Positions 58,701-64,000 of a DNA stretch of 64,000 nt are shown one piece after another. Source of the DNA: Fimbriosthenelais zetlandica (taxonomy: Eukaryota); NCBI GenBank assembly GCA_977030845.1, contig OZ365110.1, positions 17,484,001 to 17,548,000 on the forward strand, in the 5' to 3' direction. How positions within the stretch are numbered: position 1 is the stretch's first letter; every line of letters starts with the position of its first letter. The position numbers and the translations under genes are program-made. The notes under the pieces were generated by a model that worked only from the letters and a program-made list of their open reading frames with translations, was not told where the DNA came from and did not search any database.

Positions 58701-61700
58701 CACCAACTTTGCCCAATAGGCTGACTCTACGCAAAGACTGCCATATGTGTGGGCTCAGTCCAAGTAGTCCCACATACATGGAAAGACATAAGAAATTCTG
58801 TCACACAGGGGCGCATGCTCTGGACTTATTTGTGAGTCCAGATGATACAAGTCCAACAGGTCCTTTGTGGAGGCCTGTGGTGGCCAGTACTTCTAGGGGC
58901 TCGCCCACACAGGTGAATAGTCCAGTGTTCCGATTCCCTAAGGTGGGAGCTGGCACACCACGAGTCCCTATGCAAACACCAATAGCTACCATGGAGCCCT
59001 ACACAACGGATGTTGAGGATGAGGATGAAGATGATGAGGATGAGGATGAGGAGGACTACTGCCATAACAAGCCGCTCATCCCACAAGGCCGAAAAACCCA
59101 CGGGTCCCCGTCCTATACCCCTCGACCCGCATCGGCAGCCTGTACTGTTCAGCTCAAACGTACACCCCCTGGTAAAACCAGGGGTGAACGTAAGACCAAG
59201 TCCTCCCGTGAAAAGTACAAGAAATACTCTGACAATGGTGTCTTCACACAGGTGCCCGACACCAGATTGAGGTGGGTGTGATGGCAGTGAAACGTAATGT
59301 GTCATTGCATGTCGTCTACATACATCTAAAACCAGGGACCTTTCTTGACCTTATATTATAGGATATATGTCTTCCTCTTGATATGTCTTTATATAAATGT
59401 GGTTATTAGGTATATGTCTGATAGATTATATATAGGCAATGCATGGTTTTTATATATTATGTAAAACAATTTAGCCGAGTGTACATACTGTATGTGTCTC
59501 TGCTACAATTTGTTTTCGAGTTAAGGAACTTATTTTATAAAGGTTAGAACAGCAATCTAATCTTCAAAATTTGTCTGAATTTGTAGGGAAGTGGAAAGTT
59601 ACTTTTTTTCATTATTCACTAAAAGAAAAGTATTGCTGAGAGGATACCCCATGTTTTATACTGACATGGTCTGGCTTACTAGAAACAAGTCATAAAAATC
59701 TGTGTCTCACAAATTAATGATTGAATATATAATGTGTAATGAGCTGTTTAAAAACATACCTTGGTCGTACATAAATGATGTCTCCTGATATCATTCTATG
59801 TATATTAAATTTCTGATGAATTTCCACATTTAATTTGCTTAACGAGGATGGCACATTGCATAAAATAAATTTATCATTGCACGTAGCTATATAGGGTATA
59901 TATCAGGAATAACTGACACATATTTCGATTTGGATTTAACTTGGTTATTTTATTTCAAAATTAAACCTTTTTGCAAGATCATTAGGTCCCTGGATGAAGA
60001 GATAATAATTAGAATACTTTTCTGACTTAAGTGATATCTTTCCTGCATTGCTCTTAGCCAGTCCATGTGCTCCTAATGGGTTATGAAAATTTGGTATGTG
60101 CATGTCGCTACACACTGCTTTCTCAAGAAGAATGTTCTTTCAAATACATCATAGATTCCTTAGAGGCAGCCAAGGCATTATCTGATATCAATTGTTTTTA
60201 TCCTTAAGTATAATTAATTTTGAAAAGTTTAGCATGGATCTGAATTCAGACAGTATATTGTGAAATGCAGTACAGACCCTTTCTATTTTTGCATGTTTCT
60301 TAACATTGTCGTTTGAAATGTTTGCATTGACTTACTTTAACCTAATATAATTAAGTGCTTGATTTCTTTTAGGGGTGGAGGGTGGACAAGTATACATGTA
60401 CTATTTTTAATCATGTTACCTCAGTCTCTAATATTTTTCTAAAATCTTGGAATATCAGGAATTTCTGCATGGCTACATTATATTTCCCAACTTTTTATTA
60501 GATACTACCCACTTTTTACAGTTCAAATAGAACATGTTGGTTACTGCAAGTTATTGCACCTTCAGTCATTGAAGAAGAGCCAGAAAGTAAGTGCTTTGGG
60601 GCTCCTCTACCTACGACTGCCCACTCCTCTGCCCATATTGAAAATTATCCTCCATGACGAGAACAAATTATAACAGTAACAAAATTGTTTAAAAGCCCAA
60701 CCATCCATACACTAACAGAAAAGAACAGGCAAGCACAGATCCACATCCACACACTACCCAAAACTTGTCAACACACACCCCAGTTTAAGCCTGTTAGTGC
60801 TGAACAACATTTTCATACCCGTAGGTTGGAGCCCATGGGCGCTGAAGCTCATTTTCATGTCCCTAGGTTGGAGCCCATGGGGGCCGCCTCCTCTGACTCA
60901 CTCAGTGGCGGGTCCAATAGCAGCCAAAGAGGGGAAGGCAGCACAGAAAGATTATCCTCCGGCCGTGCCAGAGTCCACCCAATGGATAAGGATACAGGTA
61001 TGTATAAAAACAGTAATTAAATCTACTGAAGTATGTAAGTTGAAGATTACAGGGGGAGTCCTATGAATTATTATACCATGAAATAAAGAATGATTGTGGT
61101 AATACCAAGATATAAAGTCATATGATTCAATTACAGGTGAGGAGGACTCTGGGAAAGGTGGCCTGAAATCCAGAATCCCAAGGCCATCTGGTCGGTTAGG
61201 CCGAATGCAAGTTTTTGGTCTACTAGGTCATTCAAGTGATAAAAAGGACAAGAGCGATGATTCTGTGCCTCCGGATTCTCCATCCCAGGTAATTTGTCTA
61301 ATATTTATATTTAGAACTTAATTGAAGTAGTTACTTATTTTTGTAATTATTCAGAATTGTTTTCATGAAAAACTCATGTAAGTTAAACTATACATGTAGA
61401 ATCGATATTTTAGACAGATGGTTTTGATACGTTACTGAACTATTTTCTTTAGAGAAAGTTGGTAACAGAATCATGAGATGACTTATAAATTTCTTCCATA
61501 TTTTTACAGAAACAAGGAAAACCAAAGTTGGTATTACGACAGTATGATTCAAAGAATAAACAAATGACATGGCGGCAAGGTTTGTCGCATTTATTACGAA
61601 GGACGATGTCAAGCAGTAGTAGTACAAACAACAATGTGACCTTACTTCGGTCGGGGAAACAGAGTAACGGAACCACCGGCAACTCAGTGTCCAAGCAGCC

Positions 61701-63075
61701 AAGTGACACCCGGCAAAATTATTACCAAGACATGGATGCCAAGTGGACTGCGCAACCCTCTCCTACACATAAGTGCAGTAAGTAGCGAAAGATATTTCTG
61801 TTGCTTGTAACAATGATCAAAATATTATTGGTGCTAGCCAGTGCATGAAGTTACGTAGTCACCTAATTAATGTTGTAATAGAGAGACAAACTGTGCTCAT
61901 CATTTCTTTCAGTCAAATTTGGCGTTTTTCTAGAAGAGAGAGAACTAATCTGATTAGTTAGATTAGAATGTGTCATGTTTCACAATGTGCATCTTGTTGT
62001 CAAGTCTGATGTATCGGCTGTTCACTAATACATACATCACTGTTTCAAACCAACTGAACAACTATAAAGTAATGGTATATGACAAGGTATGCAAAGTAAT
62101 TCTACTTTTAACCCACACTGGTTGGGGCATTAAGAACCTCATCCTCCTCATATACCACTATTATATTCTCAAAATGAAGAAACAACTTTATGATGTAATA
62201 TTAAAGCAATCAGGTTCAGTTGATTGATGAGACAATTAGAGTAAATCCTTCTTATAGCGAGTAGCTTCACGTTTTTGATGTTTAGTAACAAAGTTTGAAT
62301 ACATGATTCTTAAAAGTATATACCGTTATAAGAAGGTTTACTTCAAATTTGAATGACTAAAATTTCAAACTTCACAGGCTTCAGCTAATGTTAACCCCAT
62401 GTATTGTTGATGTTTTCTACCTTTGCAGTTTCAGAAAAAAATAGCCAATCTGTTGTGGATGTAAATAACTCTAAACCATCAAACACAAATCAGGGACACA
62501 GTACACAGAGCTCTAAACAAAAACCTGAGATTAATTCAGGGAGCAGAATTGATGCAATTCAAAAATTGAACCAAGCAATTCGTAAGGCAGAAAAGGAGAG
62601 GGATAAAGAACTTACAAAGCACAACAAGAAAATGGATAAATTCTCCAACTTGATTTCCAAATTTGAGGAGAGTAAATGTGTTGTTGAATCTAAGTCTCCA
62701 AGACGCCAAATAACAGAGAATGATTCAACCGAAGGGTATCAAGACTCCACATCATCAGTTGATGTAAATCCAAAACTTAATCGAAGCAAAGTCAAAAGAA
62801 CTAATTCTAATACTGTTATATCAAGATTTAGACTTCCCAATCTTTCTTTTCGAAAGAGTATGCGTCCAAGGGATGCAGAGCAATTAGCATGCTCTGTCTT
62901 TTGGAACAATGAGAAAATAGTATATAGAAGCGCACCAGGTCCATGCTATAACAGCAGCAGTGACCAGTTTTCGAGTGCTAGTTCCACATTTTCGAATCAT
63001 GTATCCAGATGTAATAGCATCTTTTCGAGCCGGGACAAAGAAACAGTTGAGAACTGCACCATTTCCAGTTGGTGA
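10577..63075 (+). CDS. Multi-exon AMPK-related (CAMKL; MARK/HUNK-like) Ser/Thr kinase, 5'-partial: kinase C-lobe + UBA-like domain + long low-complexity tail
   Basis: Spliced translation: DFGLSNFYKEDDPLRTHCGSPEYAAPELFVVNKTYGPEIDIWSL|GIITYAMIIGRLPF...|DCRNLLRQIIEPNPALRVPLQEVQNHPWV...|AVGELAIMMSMKRQLVLETVNENRADELSAMYNML. This covers kinase subdomains VII-XI followed by a UBA-like segment. All junctions are GT-AG with matching phases. One path (10577-10706, 38054-38199, 38523-38677, 38903-39032, 39383-39436, 49374-49637, 55370-55944, 57965-59271, 60867-60997, 61137-61288, 61510-61777, 62429-63075) totals 3959 nt and is open to TGA. Confidence 0.9.
13485..13502. repeat. Perfect 18-bp palindrome
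   Basis: GAGCTGCTCGAGCAGCTC. Confidence 0.95.
19567..19603. repeat. Perfect 16-bp inverted repeat with 5-nt loop
   Basis: CAACGAGTATAGAAAG-gactt-CTTTCTATACTCGTTG. Confidence 0.95.
25897..25946. repeat. 26-bp tandem duplication
   Basis: tacatttccagtataaattgttcc(ag) x2. Confidence 0.9.
26734..26747. promoter_or_regulatory. RFX X-box consensus GTTTCCATGGTAAC within a CpG-rich patch
   Basis: Matches GTTNCCATGGNAAC exactly. A second imperfect site (GCTGTCATGGCAAC) lies at 26664-26677. Confidence 0.5.
28277..28326. promoter_or_regulatory. CRE-like/ETS/GC-box/CCAAT motif cluster
   Basis: TGACGT 28277, CTTCCGG 28284, GGGCGG 28314, ATTGG 28322 within 50 bp of locally CpG-rich sequence. Confidence 0.35.
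34291..34433. repeat. C20 homopolymer and downstream G14 run
   Basis: C x20 at 34291-34310; gggtgggggt followed by G x14 at 34420-34433. Confidence 0.95.
38054..38199 (+). CDS. Kinase exon: alphaF-alphaG region
   Basis: Acceptor tttttatatttccag, donor gtaggt. CT|G completes Leu, then GIITYAMIIGRLPFRTPFRDEYQRQQLLQMIQKGLSGYHDREMQCLST. Not in the ORF track but continues the DxWSLG motif exactly. Confidence 0.95.
38523..38677 (+). CDS. Kinase exon: subdomain XI and linker
   Basis: Acceptor cttctgattctag, donor gtaagt. DCRNLLRQIIEPNPALRVPLQEVQNHPWVSKNGKYPFHPYIPPPKDKMMRQQ includes the conserved Arg and HPW. Confidence 0.95.
38903..39032 (+). CDS. UBA-like domain exon
   Basis: Acceptor ttgacccatatag, donor gttagt. 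AVGELAIMMSMKRQLVLETVNENRADELSAMYNMLIDEKKKAA resembles the post-kinase UBA of AMPK-related kinases (A-x-Y-x-x-L at its end). Confidence 0.85.
39383..39436 (+). CDS. 54-nt acidic exon
   Basis: Acceptor ttttcatcatag, donor gtaaga. EKNATTEVFDEDSDDDLE, phase 1-1. Confidence 0.85.
39611..40293 (+). other. Candidate alternative terminal exon (immediate stop)
   Basis: CTAAC branch-like motif at about 39585, acceptor ttacatttctgtag. G|GA GCC TGA in phase 1. ATTAAA 40264 and AATAAA 40288 downstream. Confidence 0.4.
49374..49637 (+). CDS. Tail exon, RS/RD- and Lys-rich; donor either 49562 (gtacgc) or 49637 (gtgatt)
   Basis: Acceptor ctttgtttgtccag. GYFEVDHTMRRGAKRDRDSRSRSRERDKVAVKSPDKSKGKGPGPKKVPNKTAQSKTATQTKTK(GTQATPSPLSINTTADQSAVVTPAA). 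Both candidate donors are phase 1. Confidence 0.8.
52308..52391 (+). CDS. Candidate 84-nt symmetric cassette exon, CxxC-x17-CxxC
   Basis: attccag acceptor (weak), strong gtaagt donor at 52392. Phase-1 frame DLCGLCLYTGPTSTQSWNLWPFCLRCEP is open. Confidence 0.4.
53721..53735 (+). CDS. Candidate 15-nt microexon
   Basis: Long U/C tract 53672-53698, acceptor atcttcgcag, exon CCTTGGTTCACACAG, donor gtacat. In frame, phase 1-1. Confidence 0.35.
54340..54580. repeat. Degenerate (TCT/TCC/TAT/TAC)n polypyrimidine low-complexity tract
   Basis: Visible triplet-like repeats; explains spurious ORFs 54318-54587 and 54356-54550. Confidence 0.9.
55370..55944 (+). CDS. Tail exon, Ala/Thr/Ser/Gly-rich with GCA-repeat poly-Ala tract
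   Basis: Acceptor ctttcattcacag, donor gtgagt at 55945. Matches ORF 55339-56121 frame. Phase 1 in, phase 0 out. Confidence 0.9.
57965..59271 (+). CDS. Large 1.3-kb tail exon (S/T/P-rich, C2HC motif, poly-Asp/Glu, basic end)
   Basis: Acceptor tatatctttcag, in frame with the 443-aa ORF 57950-59281. Donor gtgggt at 59272 (phase 2); a weaker phase-0 donor gtgccc at 59252 is possible. Confidence 0.9.
60522..60586 (+). CDS. Tail exon A (65 nt), phase 2 in / phase 1 out
   Basis: Acceptor cactttttacag, donor gtaagt. (S)SNRTCWLLQVIAPSVIEEEPE is open. Confidence 0.65.
60808..60881 (+). repeat. 42-bp-period tandem duplication spanning a 3' splice site
   Basis: cattttcatacccgtaggttggagcccatggg / cattttcatgtccctaggttggagcccatggg. 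Confidence 0.95.
60867..60997 (+). CDS. Tail exon B (131 nt; alternative acceptor at 60825 adds 42 nt), phase 2 in / phase 1 out
   Basis: Acceptor ttttcatgtccctag, donor gtatgt. (R)LEPMGAASSDSLSGGSNSSQRGEGSTERLSSGRARVHPMDKDT. Confidence 0.7.
61137..61288 (+). CDS. Tail exon
   Basis: Acceptor gattcaattacag, donor gtaatt. GEEDSGKGGLKSRIPRPSGRLGRMQVFGLLGHSSDKKDKSDDSVPPDSPSQ (phase 1 in, phase 0 out). Confidence 0.85.
61510..61777 (+). CDS. Tail exon
   Basis: Acceptor ttccatatttttacag, donor gtaagt. KQGKPKLVLRQYDSKNKQMTWRQGLSHLLRRTMSSSSS...PTHKC (phase 0 in, phase 1 out). Confidence 0.88.
62429..63075 (+). CDS. Probable last coding exon with short predicted coiled coil
   Basis: Acceptor ttttctacctttgcag, in frame with ORF 62404-63075. 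Contains IDAIQKLNQAIRKAEKERDKELTKHNKKMDKFSNLISKFEE. Stop TGA 63073-63075; AATAAA at 63761. A gtgagg donor overlapping the stop means further splicing cannot be excluded. Confidence 0.85.
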
Positions 63076-64000
63076 GGGTGACATTTTCGTCCCAGGAATT
63101 AGCAACTTGAGGGATATCTGAATGGTTTGTAACCTAAAGCAAGGTTGAATATTTTTATTGATGGTTATGAATGAACCTTTGTTGTGATCATAGAAACTGT
63201 CCTCTCTTACCAATTCCTTGCAGCATGAATTTCTTTCCAACTTTCCTCCTTAAATTCCTTCAATGCATGTGTTGAAATTTTGTTGTTGAAGGTTTCCCCT
63301 GTGAAGGGGAAAATGTAGCATGATTTATTTAAAACTGATGGAATATTTCCTTGCAATGATAATGCCTGAATCAAGAAATTAAGCGTTGGTTCCTAAATTT
63401 ATCAGAGTATTTTTTTTGCACTTCCAGTGACAGAAAGCCCCACCAAATGCTTCTGTGCACCAAGTTTGAAGTGACTGTGAAAGCACTTTTACATATTTTA
63501 GAGCACAAAGCAATTCTACCATCTTTGAGAATAAGCGTTGGAATAATTCAGAATTATACAGTATTTTATGCGGATGTAAAAATATTAAATTTCTGAAAAA
63601 AAATTAAAAGAAAGTAGAAATTAAATATCACCTTTCTTTCTCAGCTCAAATTCCGAATTACCGTATAACAGATGTTAGTAATGTAATGTAGGGCAGTGTT
63701 CGTTTTGTATACGGTTATGAAATTTCGTCCAATATCACATGTACAAATAATATTCCTGCAAATAAATCAGTTTTCTTTCAGATTATTGGTTATCTACAAA
63801 CCTAAGGACAACTTATATTTGAAGAGAATCCTTAGTTACTTTTCCCCCAATGGTGTCATTTTCACTTTTTTTTGCTTAAAAAAACATTTTTTGGGGTAAA
63901 TAGTCTTGATCGAGGAATATAGAAGGTATAATATGATCCTTACAATTTGGGGATATAAATGTCTTTAATGTGATATCTATTTTTGGCGTTCTTTGAATAA

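Noticed and set aside
57961-59305. Antisense and alternative-frame ORFs (57961-58290, 58455-58658, 58561-58779, 58801-58992, 58826-59305, 59010-59270)
   Set aside because: Shadows of the large low-complexity coding exon.
1-64000. CRISPR array, rRNA, tRNA or intact transposon
   Set aside because: No regularly spaced direct repeats, no rRNA or tRNA signatures, no long transposase/RT ORF and no paired LTRs or TIRs seen; the sequence is eukaryotic with spliceosomal introns.

Overview
Eukaryotic (animal, probably invertebrate) genomic DNA. One plus-strand multi-exon gene crosses the whole window. It encodes an AMPK-related (CAMK-like group; MARK/HUNK-like) Ser/Thr kinase. I reconstructed it by hand from GT-AG sites with consistent phases, from the DFG motif (exon 10577-10706) through the kinase C-lobe, a UBA-like domain and a roughly 1,000-aa low-complexity tail to a stop at 63073-63075, about 1,320 aa in the window. 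The N-lobe and HRD exons must lie upstream of base 1. Three very large introns (over 10.5 kb, 27.3 kb and 9.9 kb) are a mosaic of AT-rich spacers and GC-richer blocks that read like decayed, mostly antisense coding sequence. I could not assign these blocks to a family with confidence. Beyond the main gene model, the sequence supports several splicing candidates: a frame-incompatible (mutually exclusive-type) exon pair with a duplicated acceptor, an alternative last exon that removes the tail, a 15-nt microexon and an 84-nt Cys-rich cassette exon. It also shows a lone C2HC zinc-finger motif in the tail and several intronic regulatory motif clusters (RFX X-box, DR5, CRE/ETS/GC/CCAAT). No rRNA, tRNA, CRISPR array or intact mobile element is supported.
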